From the NCBI GenBank assembly GCA_900552135.1, contig URYN01000003.1, positions 24,594 through 88,593 on the forward strand: a stretch of DNA of 64,000 bases, in the 5' to 3' direction. A model generated the notes under the pieces. The model did not search any database. It saw only the letters and a list, made by a program, of their open reading frames with translations, and was not told where the DNA came from. Origin of the DNA: an uncultured Clostridium sp. (GTDB taxonomy: Bacteria > Bacillota > Clostridia > TANB77 > CAG-508). Position numbers and translations under genes: made by a program. Of this stretch, positions 10,683-21,419 are shown piece after piece. Positions within the stretch are counted from its first letter, which is position 1; every line of letters starts with the position of its first letter.

Positions 10683-11534
10683 TTATTCTATATCTTGTTT
10701 TACTTCTGCATGAGTTTCTAGCAATTCAGGTTTCTTTAAATATTTTGATAATTGCTTGAAGGAGGTTGCGTAATAATAACCATCGCAAATTCTCTCATCA
10801 CCAACGAATGCTAGTGTAATACATTTTTCTTCATGAATTTCGTCATCATCATAAACATAGCTCTTTTTCTTTTTACCCATTGCAAAGAACATACTGGTTG
10901 TTCCAAAGTTATACAAATGGTGATATATGCTATCAATACCAAGGGACCCAACATTTGTTAAGAAAACGCTGGTGTGAAATGGACTTGCTTCGATAATTGA
11001 TTTAGGCATTATTCCATGCTTGTCTAAAAAGGTTAGAAACTTTACAGCCAATCGAATCGCTCCACCAGGAATTAGACTTAATGCTTTTGCTAAATTATCT
11101 GTATTGTTAGTTACAGCATTGTCCTTATTCTTCTCTATGGCTGAGTCCAATTTTTCTTTTATTTCAAATATGTTTTCAGTACCATCAAAAGGTAATTTTA
11201 TAGATGTTTCAGTTCCTTCATCAGAAAAATTCTTTTTGATTACAAGAGAAACATAGATTTTATTTCTTGCATAAAGACTACCATTCATTGCAAACCTGTT
11301 TAAATATGGCCTCTCAGCTATTATTCTTACTATTGCTGCGTAGATAATATTCATATAAGACAAACGAATTCCTTCTTCAGCCTTTTTATCTATGTATGCA
11401 TCTATATTATTTAAAACAATATCTTGCTTAAAATATACCTGTGAATCTTCTCTTTCTGGCATGATACATGGTATAACCTTAAAAAATGTAGGAATAGTTT
11501 TTAATCTCCTACCATCACTTCTTCTTCCGAACAT
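10683..11534 (-). CDS. Standalone 2-oxoacid dehydrogenase acyltransferase (CAT-like) catalytic-domain protein
   Basis: 283 aa with a GDERICDGYY motif resembling the DHRxxDG active-site motif. No lipoyl domain. Confidence 0.5.
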   Translation of the reverse strand: MFGRRSDGRRLKTIPTFFKVIPCIMPEREDSQVYFKQDIVLNNIDAYIDKKAEEGIRLSYMNIIYAAIVRIIAERPYLNRFAMNGSLYARNKIYVSLVIKKNFSDEGTETSIKLPFDGTENIFEIKEKLDSAIEKNKDNAVTNNTDNLAKALSLIPGGAIRLAVKFLTFLDKHGIMPKSIIEASPFHTSVFLTNVGSLGIDSIYHHLYNFGTTSMFFAMGKKKKSYVYDDDEIHEEKCITLAFVGDERICDGYYYATSFKQLSKYLKKPELLETHAEVKQDIE

Positions 11535-11809
11535 TTTATTTTCCCCTTTTATTTAAATTTATGTATAAAACAAATAACCATACATGTCTATTTTACTATT
11601 AGTGTATATTTTTGTCAAATTTAATTGGAATTTTGTGGATTAAAAGTTGAAAAACAAAGAAAAAAAAGAAAAAAATACAAAAAGGATGCCGTAATAGAAT
11701 TTGAAAGATAAAAAACCTATAAAATTTAATTGGATAAAAAACGTTGGAATACTTGAATTTCTTGGGTGTTGTGTATATAATATGTATGTTATGATAGGAG
11801 ATAGAGGTT

Positions 11810-12694
11810 ATGTTAGAACAATTAGCTAAATGCGAAATATGTCCTTTTAGATGTAAAGTTAATAGACTGAGTGGTCAGGTTGGAAGATGCGGTTGTGGAG
11901 ATAAAATAAAAGTGGCTAAATATCAGTTACATTATTTTGAGGAGCCATGCATAAGCGGAAAAAGTGGTTCTGGTACAGTGTTCTTTTCAAATTGTAATTT
12001 TAAATGTATTTTTTGTCAAAATTACAAGATTAGTCAAGAGGGAAAAGGCAATGAAGTTACTATTGAAGAACTTGCAAATATATTTTTAAAACTTCAGCAA
12101 GAAGGTGCAAACAATATAAATCTTGTGACTCCAACAATGTATACTTATCAAATAATAGAAGCTATAAAAATTGCAAGAATAAAGGGATTGAATCTACCTA
12201 TAATATATAATAGCAACGGATACGAAAATGTAGAAACCTTAAGAGATTTGAGAGGATATGTTGATGTATATCTTCCAGATTTAAAATATTATGCTGATGA
12301 ACTTGCTATTAAATATTCAAAAGCGCCTAATTATTTTAAGATTGCAACAAAGGCTATTTTAGAAATGATAAACCAAGTTGGACTAACTGAGTTCGATGAA
12401 AATGGTATGATTAAAAAAGGTGTTATAATAAGGCATTTGGTGTTACCTGGACATATTCAAAATTCCAAGCATATACTAAAATGGCTAAAAGAAAATGTAG
12501 AGGGAAATGCTTATGTAAGTGTTATGGCTCAATATTTTCCAACTTACAAGGCAAAGGAAGATGAGTATTTAAACAGAAAATTGACAAGAAAAGAGTACTC
12601 AGAAATCGAACAGTATTTATATTTGTTAGATATTCAGAATGGATATATGCAGGAACTTGGAAAACATGAGGAAGAGTATGTTCCGGATTTTTAA
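11810..12694 (+). CDS. Radical SAM protein (PflX-like / pyruvate formate-lyase activase-related)
   Basis: CNFKCIFCQN is a CxxxCxxC cluster motif. About 294 aa. A TTGAAT-17-TATAAT promoter lies upstream. Confidence 0.75.
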   Translation: MLEQLAKCEICPFRCKVNRLSGQVGRCGCGDKIKVAKYQLHYFEEPCISGKSGSGTVFFSNCNFKCIFCQNYKISQEGKGNEVTIEELANIFLKLQQEGANNINLVTPTMYTYQIIEAIKIARIKGLNLPIIYNSNGYENVETLRDLRGYVDVYLPDLKYYADELAIKYSKAPNYFKIATKAILEMINQVGLTEFDENGMIKKGVIIRHLVLPGHIQNSKHILKWLKENVEGNAYVSVMAQYFPTYKAKEDEYLNRKLTRKEYSEIEQYLYLLDIQNGYMQELGKHEEEYVPDF

Positions 12695-12800
12695 TTAGTG
12701 TAAAAGTATAGAAAATATGATAATAATAAAAAGTAAAGTTTAAAAATTACACAAATTAATAAAAAATATATAGAGTCTAGAAGAAAAACGGAGGTATAAA

Positions 12801-13526
12801 ATGGCTATTTTTGAACATGAATATAGAGTTGGTTTGTCTGATGTTGGACAATCGAATAAAATTACGAATAAGGCAACATTAAGAATATTAGAAAATATTG
12901 CAGGAATGCATTCAGAAGCGGTTGGATTCGGAATAAATAGTATGGATAAAACAGGAATTAGCTGGATAATTCTTGGTTGGAAGATTAAGATTATCTCAAG
13001 ACCGATATATGATGAAGTATTGGCAGTTAAAACTTGGGCAAGATCATTTAATAGAGCTATTTCATATAGAGACTACGAAGTTTATGATAAGAGTGGTAAT
13101 TTGATGATTATTGCTACAAGTAAATGGGCTGTTATAGATATAAATAGTGGAAGACTTGCTGAAATTACACCTGAAATTATTAATGCTTATAAATGTGAGG
13201 AAAAACATGCTTTGGAAGATAACGATGATATGAAAATGAAAGAGCCTGACGAAAAAGAAAAGACTCTAGAATATACAATAATGAGAAGAGACATTGATAT
13301 AAATAAACATGTTCATAATTTATATTATCTGGATTATGCCAATGAAGCACTTCCCGAAGAAATCTACAAAGATGCTAAGTTTGACAACATAGAAATAATG
13401 TATAAAAAACAAATAAAATTAGGTGACGAGATTAATTGTTATTATTCTAAAGAAGAAGATAAAAACATTATAACAATAAAATCAAAAGATGATAAAATCT
13501 TGCATGCAATAGTAGAACTTTATTAA
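12801..13526 (+). CDS. Acyl-ACP thioesterase family protein
   Basis: Double hot-dog pattern with N-terminal YRVGLSDVG..N..T.LR.LE and later INKHVHNLYYLDYA. Confidence 0.75.
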   Translation: MAIFEHEYRVGLSDVGQSNKITNKATLRILENIAGMHSEAVGFGINSMDKTGISWIILGWKIKIISRPIYDEVLAVKTWARSFNRAISYRDYEVYDKSGNLMIIATSKWAVIDINSGRLAEITPEIINAYKCEEKHALEDNDDMKMKEPDEKEKTLEYTIMRRDIDINKHVHNLYYLDYANEALPEEIYKDAKFDNIEIMYKKQIKLGDEINCYYSKEEDKNIITIKSKDDKILHAIVELY

Positions 13527-13630
13527 AGCGTATATTAAATATTTTAAATAAGCAAATAGAAAAGCTTTATAGAATATATATAAGATATATATAAGAATTT
13601 TAAATAAACATGTATAAGAAGATATAAATA

Positions 13631-13680
13631 AAATCCAATAGCTAAGAACCTAAATTCTAAACTATTGGATTTTGATTTTA
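13631..13680. terminator. Bidirectional terminator (aaatccaatag / ctattggattt)
   Basis: 11-bp perfect stem with A- and T-rich flanks between convergent genes. Confidence 0.6.
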
Positions 13681-13760
13681 TATTTTGTTTTGTTCTAAAC
13701 ATTAGAAATTGAATTTCCAATGTGAGATTTTTATTGTTTCTAACTTTAAATTATTATTTT

Positions 13761-15149
13761 TTACTTTGAAACAATTTTGGGACCTATATTTGTTACTGTT
13801 CCAGCACCTATTGTAAGAACAATGTCGTTTGGCATAACTCTATCACGAATGTATTTTGCAATTTCATCGAAATCAGACATGTAAAGTGCAGGTTTACCGA
13901 CTCTGTTTAAGTTGATTAGTTTAACCAAATCGTTTGGAGAAACTCCAACAGTGTTTGTTTCTCTTGCTGCATAGATATCTGTTATGATAATGTTATCGAA
14001 ACCAGATAAACTTTGAGCAAAATCGTTAAGTAGATTTTTAGTTCTGCTATATGTATGTGGTTGGAAAACTACCCATGATCTATTGTATTTCTTTTTCTTC
14101 ATTGCATTATATACAGCTTTTATTTCTGTTGGATGATGTCCATAATCATCATACACTGAAGCACCATTTGTTGTTCCAACAAGTTCAAATCTTCTATGAG
14201 CACCAGTATATTTCAGTAAGCCGGTCTTAATAACTTCTTTGTCGATTCCATATTCATAGCAAGTTGCAATACAAGCTAAGGCATTGTAAACATTATGAAT
14301 TCCAGGAACAGATAACTTAATACTCTTGTAAAATGTATTATTTCTATATACATCGAAAAGAGCAAAACCATTATTATCGAAAGTTATGTTTCTTGCAATG
14401 AAATTTGACTTTTCGTTTTCGATACCAAATGTAACTATCTTGGCGTTTGTATATTTATATAAATCAACTGAATTTTTATCATCTGCATTTAAAACAAGTA
14501 ATCCATCGTTTGGTAAAAGTCCAACAAATTTTACGAAAGCATTTTTTACATGTTCTATGTCTTTGAAATAATCAAGATGATCATTATCTATATTTAAAAC
14601 TATTTCTGTTCTTGGATGGAATTTTAAGAAACTTTCTACATATTCACAAGACTCAAGAATGAAACAATCACTATTTCCTACACGATTATTTCCGTTAATT
14701 GCTTTTAAAATTGCTCCGACTTGAATAGTTGGATCTCTGTGAGCTTCAAGGAAACATACTGAAATCATCGAAGTAGTTGTTGTTTTTCCGTGAGTTCCTG
14801 AAATTGAAATTGTATTTTTATAAGCCTTTGTAATTAAACCTAAGAAAGTAGATCTTTCCATTAGCTCAATGCCTAAACGGTTGGCTTCTAGCATTTCTAT
14901 ATCATCTTGAGGAATGGCTGCACTGTAAACAACAAGGTCTGCCTTTTTTAGAGAATCTAAATCATGACCTATTGTAACAGGAATACCATCTTGGCGAATT
15001 TTTTCAAGAAGTTCTGAATCATTTGCATCTGATCCTGTAACATAAAATCCCCATTTCTTTAAAATTTCTGCAATTCCACTCATACTAGTTCCGCCAATAC
15101 CAAGTAGATGTATTCTTTTATATTGTTTTAGTTCTTCTAAATTAATCAA
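13761..15149 (-). CDS. murC: UDP-N-acetylmuramate--L-alanine ligase
   Basis: IHLLGIGGTSMSGIAE, GTHGKTTTTSM and a Mur ligase C-terminal domain. The likely start is the in-frame TTG at 15149, 10 nt after AAGGAG. The ORF-track start at 15224 has no RBS. Confidence 0.9.
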   Translation of the reverse strand: MINLEELKQYKRIHLLGIGGTSMSGIAEILKKWGFYVTGSDANDSELLEKIRQDGIPVTIGHDLDSLKKADLVVYSAAIPQDDIEMLEANRLGIELMERSTFLGLITKAYKNTISISGTHGKTTTTSMISVCFLEAHRDPTIQVGAILKAINGNNRVGNSDCFILESCEYVESFLKFHPRTEIVLNIDNDHLDYFKDIEHVKNAFVKFVGLLPNDGLLVLNADDKNSVDLYKYTNAKIVTFGIENEKSNFIARNITFDNNGFALFDVYRNNTFYKSIKLSVPGIHNVYNALACIATCYEYGIDKEVIKTGLLKYTGAHRRFELVGTTNGASVYDDYGHHPTEIKAVYNAMKKKKYNRSWVVFQPHTYSRTKNLLNDFAQSLSGFDNIIITDIYAARETNTVGVSPNDLVKLINLNRVGKPALYMSDFDEIAKYIRDRVMPNDIVLTIGAGTVTNIGPKIVSK

Positions 15150-15404
15150 ATCAAGTGCACTCCTTTTCTTTTTTGCTTGATATATTATATACTTTAAATG
15201 AAGTTTTTTCAATACAAAACACAAGTTTTGTTAAACAAAAATGATATTTAATAGATAATATGAAGTATAAATATAATGGTGAATAAAAATTTTGTGAATT
15301 TTTTGTAAAAAGAAGAAGGAAAAACAGTGTTAATGGAGAATAATATAAATGTACATAGAAATAAAATTGTACAAAATAATAAAACATTGGAAGGCGGTGC
15401 TCAA

Positions 15405-15698
15405 ATGGAAGTAACAGAAGTACGTATTAGAAAATTAAATCCAGAAGGAAAGACAAAGGCTATTGCTCAAATAACATTTGACAATGAATTTGTTGTTCAC
15501 GAGGTTAGAGTTCGTGAAGGTAAAGAAGGTTTAGTAATGTCTATGCCTAGAAAAGAAAGAAATGGAAAGTTCTATGATATAGCTCATCCAATCAATCAAG
15601 CAACAAGAGATAAGATTGAAAAAGCTGTATTAGAAGCTTATGACAAAGCTGAGGATCCAGCTCCAGTTTCTGATTCAACAGAAGGCAAAGCTGAATAA
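15405..15698 (+). CDS. spoVG: Septation/regulatory protein SpoVG
   Basis: [35 protein letters not shown]. Confidence 0.9.
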   Translation: MEVTEVRIRKLNPEGKTKAIAQITFDNEFVVHEVRVREGKEGLVMSMPRKERNGKFYDIAHPINQATRDKIEKAVLEAYDKAEDPAPVSDSTEGKAE

Positions 15699-15713
15699 TT
15701 TAGTAATAAATAA

Positions 15714-15756
15714 AATACTCATAAAAATCCTAGTGATTTTTTATGAGTATTTTTTG
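15714..15756 (+). terminator. spoVG intrinsic terminator
   Basis: 14-bp stem aatactcataaaaa / tttttatgagtatt followed by a T-run. Confidence 0.7.
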
Positions 15757-15936
15757 CGTGTGCACGAAACATGCAACATAGTACATGATACAAGTTTTCC
15801 TCCGTCCACGAAATGCATCCTCGAATTGCACCATATTGGTACATTTTTTCTCTGTCCCCGAAATGTACCAAATTGCACAATTTTATTGTAATAGTTTCTT
15901 TTCTTAATAATATAATTCAGTATGGGGGAAAGACTC

Positions 15937-17559
15937 ATGAATACAGAAAAGAAACAAAGTTTTATGCAAGGAATAATTACGCTTATGTTTTCTCAGGTGA
16001 TTATAAAGATTATGGGACTTATTTATAAGCTTTATCTAACGAATAGGCAAGGATTTGGAGATACAGGAAATGCAATATATAATGGTGGATTTCAAATTTA
16101 TGCACTGCTCCTCACAATTTCTTCAATAGGTGTTCCAAATGCAATGTCAAAAATGATTTCAGAAAGATTGTCTATTGGTGATAGAAGAGGTGCTGATAAA
16201 ATTCTTAGAGTTGCATTTGCAAGCTTTTCGATAGTTGGATTTATAGGCTCATGTATTTTGTTTTTTGGTGCAAAAACAATTGCAAAAACATGGATTCAAA
16301 TTCCAGAAGCGGAACTAAGCCTAATTGTTCTAGCACCTTCAGTATTTTTAGTTTCACTTATATCGGTACTTAGAGGATATTTTAATGGAAATGAAAACAT
16401 GAAACCTATGGCTAGATCCCAAGCTTTAGAGCAAATGTTTAAAACTCTTTTTACAATAATATTGGTAGAAATAGTTTGCTTAACTATGGGAAGCAAGAAT
16501 ACCACAAAATATATGGCTGCTGCTGCTAATCTGTCAACAACAATGGCTACTTTTATATGCTTTTTATATCTTGTAAATCTATATTTGAAAAGCTACAAAG
16601 TGCGTAGTAGAACTGTAATGACAGGTAAAACATTAAGAATGAAAGAGATAATAAAAAATATTATAATTATTGCAATGCCTCTTACTATAAGTGCAATATT
16701 AGGGTCTCTAAATAAAAATATAGATTCTATGACTATTGTAAGATGCCTGAAGAATTTTATGACTGATGAACAGGCTAAAATTCAGTATGGGATTTTAAGC
16801 GGAAAAATAGATACATTGGTAATGCTTCCTTTATCTTTTAATATTGCTTTTGCAACTGCTTTAGTTCCGGCTATTTCTGCTGGAAAAGCAAGAGGCGACA
16901 TGCAGAGCATTAAAAAAAGAATTTCTTTTTCTTTGTTGATTACTATCTTAATTGGAGTACCATGCACGATTGGAATGTTTACTTTTGCAAAACCAATATT
17001 GGAAATGTTATTTCCGAATGCAAGCAATGGAGAGGCGCTGTTCAAAATAAGCAGTATTGCAATAATATTTATTACAATAGAACAAACAATAAATGGAGCA
17101 TTGCAGGGATTGGGAAAACTAAGCACACCAGTAATATCGTTGGGGATAGGAGCTGTGATAAAATTAATTTTAAACATTGTATTAATTAGAATTCCAAGCG
17201 AAGAATTTATTTTTGGAGGAATTAATGGTGCGGCATTTGCAACTATTGTATGTCATGTAGTTTCTTCTATAATAAGTTTTGCAGCATTAAAGAAAAAAAT
17301 AAATATAAAGTTTAAAATTTCAAAGTACATTTTTAAACCCGTTTTTGCGAGTATAACAATGGCTTTTATTGGGTGGAACATATATAATTTTGCAAAATGT
17401 ATAATTATTCAAAATATAGCAATAATATTAGCAATTCTAATTGCAATAACAGTATATGTGATACTTGTGTTGGCATTAAGAATATTTGATATAGAAGAGA
17501 TTTATATGTTGCCTTTTGGTGCAAAAATTTTGAAGAAATTAAAGATAATTAGAGCTTGA
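15937..17559 (+). CDS. MOP-superfamily polysaccharide/lipid II flippase (SpoVB/MurJ-like)
   Basis: About 14 TM segments. The N-terminus SFMQGIITLMFSQVIIKIMGLIYKLYLTN..G is typical of SpoVB-like proteins. ATG at 15937 follows a ggggga RBS. Confidence 0.75.
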   Translation: MNTEKKQSFMQGIITLMFSQVIIKIMGLIYKLYLTNRQGFGDTGNAIYNGGFQIYALLLTISSIGVPNAMSKMISERLSIGDRRGADKILRVAFASFSIVGFIGSCILFFGAKTIAKTWIQIPEAELSLIVLAPSVFLVSLISVLRGYFNGNENMKPMARSQALEQMFKTLFTIILVEIVCLTMGSKNTTKYMAAAANLSTTMATFICFLYLVNLYLKSYKVRSRTVMTGKTLRMKEIIKNIIIIAMPLTISAILGSLNKNIDSMTIVRCLKNFMTDEQAKIQYGILSGKIDTLVMLPLSFNIAFATALVPAISAGKARGDMQSIKKRISFSLLITILIGVPCTIGMFTFAKPILEMLFPNASNGEALFKISSIAIIFITIEQTINGALQGLGKLSTPVISLGIGAVIKLILNIVLIRIPSEEFIFGGINGAAFATIVCHVVSSIISFAALKKKINIKFKISKYIFKPVFASITMAFIGWNIYNFAKCIIIQNIAIILAILIAITVYVILVLALRIFDIEEIYMLPFGAKILKKLKIIRA

Positions 17560-17731
17560 AATACTATAAAATAGCCCAAAATTAGGATAAAAAAACGTGT
17601 AAGCCTAGAAAATTAAAGCTTTCAACAAAAAAATGGCAAAAAAAAGAAGGATTTTGCTAAATCTTGGCGAATAATGATAATAGTAGATGCATTTAAGTCT
17701 ACATATACAATCTTATAGGAGGTAATTTTAA

Positions 17732-18010
17732 ATGAACAAATCTGATTTAATCGCAGCAATGGCTGCTAAAACAGGAAGCACAAAAAAAGACGCAGAAGCA
17801 ACATTAAATGCATTTGTTGATGTTGTAACAGAAGCTTTAGTAAAGGGAGACAAAGTTCAACTAGTTGGATTTGGTTCTTTCGAAGTTAGAAAAAGAGCAG
17901 CTAGAAAAGGAAGAAACCCACAAACTAAAGAAGAAATCAAAATACCTGCATCAAAAGCTCCAGTATTCAAAGCTGGAAAAGCTTTAAAAGACTTAGTAAA
18001 TAAAAAATAA
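17732..18010 (+). CDS. hup: DNA-binding protein HU
   Basis: [38 protein letters not shown]. Confidence 0.95.
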   Translation: MNKSDLIAAMAAKTGSTKKDAEATLNAFVDVVTEALVKGDKVQLVGFGSFEVRKRAARKGRNPQTKEEIKIPASKAPVFKAGKALKDLVNKK

Positions 18011-18220
18011 TTTGAATTAATATATATAATATGAATTCATATAGAAATACATAGATGATTTTATCTATGTATTTTTTTTGCTTTCTTATGCATAAATTAA
18101 ATTTTCAAGAATATAATATAATGTATTTTTTGTTGGCAAAAATTATCAATATGTTAAACGTATAAAATGCAGAAAATAAAAGATTAATGTCGATTCTTGA
18201 AAGGTGATTTATATTGAAAA

Positions 18221-18976
18221 ATGGAAAAAAATGTGATACAATGTATGAATAGTGACAAAGAAAAGAGGGAATTAAGTTTGCAAGAAGTTACAGAACTGAG
18301 AAGAAAATATGAAAATGAAATAGAAGAAAAAAAGGGTGGATTCGAATTAATTGCCAGAATTATTGGTTATACAATATATAAAATGAAGATGGAAGGATTA
18401 CTAGAACAAGATGTTGAAGTTTGGGGAAGACTAAAAAGCTTTAAATCAGCCTATGAAAACTATCAAAAAAAGGCTATTGACGATTGTTTTGGAATTAGAA
18501 TCATTGCTCAAAATGACAGCGATTTAGAGAAGGTTAGAAAACAAATAGAAAAACTATTTGTGGTAGACCAGACAAAGGATCATAGAAAAAAGTCGGCTTC
18601 AAAATATAATGCAATACATGAAATGGTTCATCTAGATTCAAAATTTATAAATGCTCATAATATGAAGGAAGAATTAACTCCTGCAGTAGAAATTCAATAT
18701 TGGAACAATGAACTAGAAGAAATGTGTGAAACAGGCGAAATTTCATATTCTAAATATAAACACAAAGACATGAAGAGGATACAAGAAATGTATGACGAAA
18801 ATCCTTTTGCTACATATAAAAATTTACCAACATATTATGAAATAAGAGGAAACAAAATTAGAATGCTTAGTGCTGAAGAAACACTTATAAAATTGTATCC
18901 TGATTTGATAAGACATGAAGCGCATAAAAAAGGAGCAGAATCAAAACAAAAAAGAAAAGAAATAATGTGTAGATAA
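18221..18976 (+). CDS. Standalone RelA/SpoT-fold nucleotidyltransferase-domain protein (small alarmone synthetase-like, divergent)
   Basis: GRLKSFKSAYENY, DDCFGIRII, YNAIHEMV, VEIQYWN and SYSKYK line up with the GRxKxxxS, DxxGxR, YxSxH, EIQxRT and HxxYK motifs. The R and T of EIQxRT are replaced. Confidence 0.6.
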   Translation: MEKNVIQCMNSDKEKRELSLQEVTELRRKYENEIEEKKGGFELIARIIGYTIYKMKMEGLLEQDVEVWGRLKSFKSAYENYQKKAIDDCFGIRIIAQNDSDLEKVRKQIEKLFVVDQTKDHRKKSASKYNAIHEMVHLDSKFINAHNMKEELTPAVEIQYWNNELEEMCETGEISYSKYKHKDMKRIQEMYDENPFATYKNLPTYYEIRGNKIRMLSAEETLIKLYPDLIRHEAHKKGAESKQKRKEIMCR

Positions 18977-19094
18977 AATACTGACAATAGATGTTACAGA
19001 GACATATTATAGAAATAAAATATGCAAAAAACAATAATCTGTAACGAAAATGCAATAAACAGAGTTAAATATGCAGATAAAATAGAAAAAACCG

Positions 19095-19123
19095 TTGACT
19101 TTTAGCTTAAAATATTATATAAT
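19095..19123 (+). promoter_or_regulatory. Sigma-A type promoter of the S10 cluster
   Basis: TTGACT, a 17-nt spacer, then TATAAT. Confidence 0.65.
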
Positions 19124-19363
19124 ATTAAAGCATGTAAGATAGCGTTGAAGTGGAATGTGGCTACAACCACCTAAAAACCAGGGGTTGGAGGGAACTTCCA
19201 TGGAGCATGTCGTGGCTAAGACCAGGCGGTAAGGTTTATAAATAACAAGCACTTATCCCAAGATATTCATGCAAAAACTTGGGCTTTTATATTGGTAATA
19301 CATAAAACACCAGGGTGCGTTTATACCTTCCGACCACAAAATAATTTAAGGAGGGAAAATTAC
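19124..19363 (+). promoter_or_regulatory. Structured 5' leader of rpsJ with a terminator-like hairpin (19256-19283 plus a U-run)
   Basis: The leader is G+C-enriched relative to its flanks. It has a repeated gtggcta.a.acc / accagg motif and a cccaag..cttggg stem followed by cttttat. Confidence 0.5.
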
Positions 19364-19693
19364 ATGGCAAACAAGCAAACTACACAAGTAGCAAATGGTA
19401 AAATCAGAATAAGATTAAAAGCTTATGATCCACAACTTTTAGAACAGTCTGCTGTAAAAATAGTAGATACTGCTAAAAAAACAGGAGCAAAAGTTTCAGG
19501 ACCTATTCCATTACCAACAGAAAAGGAAATCGTAACAATATTACGTTCTCCACACAAACACAAAGATTCAAGAGAGCAATTTGAAATGAGAACACACAAG
19601 AGAGTTATTGATATTCTTTATCCTACACAAAAAACAGTTGAAAGTCTAACAAAATTAGAATTACCAGCTGGTGTAAATATAGAAATCAAATAA
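19364..19693 (+). CDS. rpsJ: 30S ribosomal protein S10
   Basis: ATG at 19364 follows aaggaggg. [23 protein letters not shown]. Confidence 0.95.
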   Translation: MANKQTTQVANGKIRIRLKAYDPQLLEQSAVKIVDTAKKTGAKVSGPIPLPTEKEIVTILRSPHKHKDSREQFEMRTHKRVIDILYPTQKTVESLTKLELPAGVNIEIK

Positions 19694-19799
19694 TTAAAAG
19701 AGAAGAATAAAGGCAAAACGTTTAGAAACCCATAAAAATCTGACAAAAAAACCATGCTAGTGAATTATCATTAGCCAATAGTTAGGAGGAAATTAAAAA

Positions 19800-20429
19800 A
19801 TGAAAAAAGCAATTATAGGAAGAAAAGTCGGAATGACACAAATCTTCGATGAAGCTGGAAAAGTTATACCAGTTACAGTATTAGAAGCTGGACCTTGTGT
19901 AATAGCACAAGTTAAATCAGTAGAAACAGATGGATACAATGCTGTTCAATTAGGATTTGGAGATGTAAAAGAAAGCAAATTAAACAATCCTGAAAAAGGA
20001 CATTTTACAAAATCTAAATTACCATTAAAGAAACATTTAAGAGAATTCAGAATGGATTCAGTTGAAGATGTAAAAGTTGGAGATGAATTAAAAGCTGATG
20101 TTTTCTCTAAAGGAGACAAAGTTGACATTCAAGGAATTTCAAAAGGAAAAGGATTCCAAGGTGTTATAAAAAGACATCATCAATCAAGAGGACCTATGGG
20201 ACATGGTTCTATGTATCATAGAAGACCAGGATCTATGGGATCTACATCAACACCAGGTAGAGTATTCAAAGGAAAGAATCTTCCAGGACATACAGGAAGA
20301 ATTACAGTTACAATACAAAACCTAGAAGTTGTATCTGTTGACTTAGATAAAAACGTAATATTAGTTAAAGGAAGCGTTCCTGGAGCTAATGGAACAATAT
20401 TAAAAATTAAACAAAGTGTAAAAGCATAA
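19800..20429 (+). CDS. rplC: 50S ribosomal protein L3
   Basis: [19 protein letters not shown]. Confidence 0.97.
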   Translation: MKKAIIGRKVGMTQIFDEAGKVIPVTVLEAGPCVIAQVKSVETDGYNAVQLGFGDVKESKLNNPEKGHFTKSKLPLKKHLREFRMDSVEDVKVGDELKADVFSKGDKVDIQGISKGKGFQGVIKRHHQSRGPMGHGSMYHRRPGSMGSTSTPGRVFKGKNLPGHTGRITVTIQNLEVVSVDLDKNVILVKGSVPGANGTILKIKQSVKA

Positions 20430-20445
20430 GGAAGGAGGAAGAAAG

Positions 20446-21069
20446 ATGCCTAAGATAGACGTATATGATATAAATGGAAAGAAAGTTAAAGAACTAGAAT
20501 TAAACGAAGCAGTATTTGGAATTGAGCCAAACGAAGCAGTTGTTCATAGTGTATTAGTAAACTTTCTAGCAAATCAAAGACAAGGAACACAAAATACAAA
20601 AACAAGATCAGAAGTTTCTGGTGGTGGAAAGAAGCCATGGAGACAAAAAGGAACAGGTAGAGCAAGACAAGGAAGTATAAGAGCTCCACAATGGATTAAA
20701 GGTGGTATAGCTTTAGGACCAAAACCACGTTCTTACAAATACACTGTTAATAAGAAAGAAAGAGCTTTAGCTATAAGATCAGTATTAAGTGCAAAAGTAC
20801 TTGAAAATGAATTAGTAGTTGTAGACAACATGCCATTAAAAGAGATTAAGACAAAAGAAATGGTAAAAGCTCTAAACAATTTAAAAGTAGAAGGAAAAGC
20901 ATTAATAATGCTACCTACAAAAAATGAAAATATCCAAAAATCAGCAAGAAACATTGAAGGAGTTAAAACAACATTAGTTGAAACAATCAATGTATATGAT
21001 TTATTAAAATATAATAAACTTGTTGTTACTGAGGATACTGTAAAGAAATTAGAGGAGGTGTACGCTTAA
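20446..21069 (+). CDS. rplD: 50S ribosomal protein L4
   Basis: [26 protein letters not shown]. Confidence 0.97.
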   Translation: MPKIDVYDINGKKVKELELNEAVFGIEPNEAVVHSVLVNFLANQRQGTQNTKTRSEVSGGGKKPWRQKGTGRARQGSIRAPQWIKGGIALGPKPRSYKYTVNKKERALAIRSVLSAKVLENELVVVDNMPLKEIKTKEMVKALNNLKVEGKALIMLPTKNENIQKSARNIEGVKTTLVETINVYDLLKYNKLVVTEDTVKKLEEVYA

Positions 21070-21071
21070 TA

Positions 21072-21419
21072 ATGAGACCAGAAGACATTATAATAAGACC
21101 AATAATTACTGAAGAAAGTAATGAAGGAATTCAAGAAGGAAAGTATACCTTTAAAGTTAATAAGAAAGCTACAAAAATTGATATTGCAAACGCAGTAGAA
21201 AAACTTTTTGGAGTTAAAGTATTAAAAGTTAATACTATTACAGTAAAAGGTAAAGAAAAAAGAGTTGGAAGAAATGTTGGAAGAACATCTGACTGGAAGA
21301 AAGCTATTGTTACAATAGATACAAACCCATCAGACAAAACATATCTTGCAAAAGGTGGAAAAGAAACAAAGATAGCTACAAAGTATAAGACATCTATTGA
21401 TGAATTTATGGGTGCGTAG
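21072..21419 (+). CDS. rplW: 50S ribosomal protein L23 (with about 20-aa C-terminal extension)
   Basis: [31 protein letters not shown]. Confidence 0.93.
   Translation: MRPEDIIIRPIITEESNEGIQEGKYTFKVNKKATKIDIANAVEKLFGVKVLKVNTITVKGKEKRVGRNVGRTSDWKKAIVTIDTNPSDKTYLAKGGKETKIATKYKTSIDEFMGA

Noticed and set aside
15640-16028. Three short ORFs (15640..15891+, 15741..15938-, 15813..16028+) in the spoVG-flippase spacer
   Set aside because: They overlap one another, lack an RBS and cross a terminator and a repeat cluster. The region is treated as non-coding.
19141-19235. G+C-enriched segment upstream of rpsJ considered as a tRNA, SRP RNA or other stable RNA gene
   Set aside because: No cloverleaf, no conserved T-loop or D-loop sequence and no SRP domain IV motif could be drawn. 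Its position between the promoter and rpsJ fits a 5' leader.
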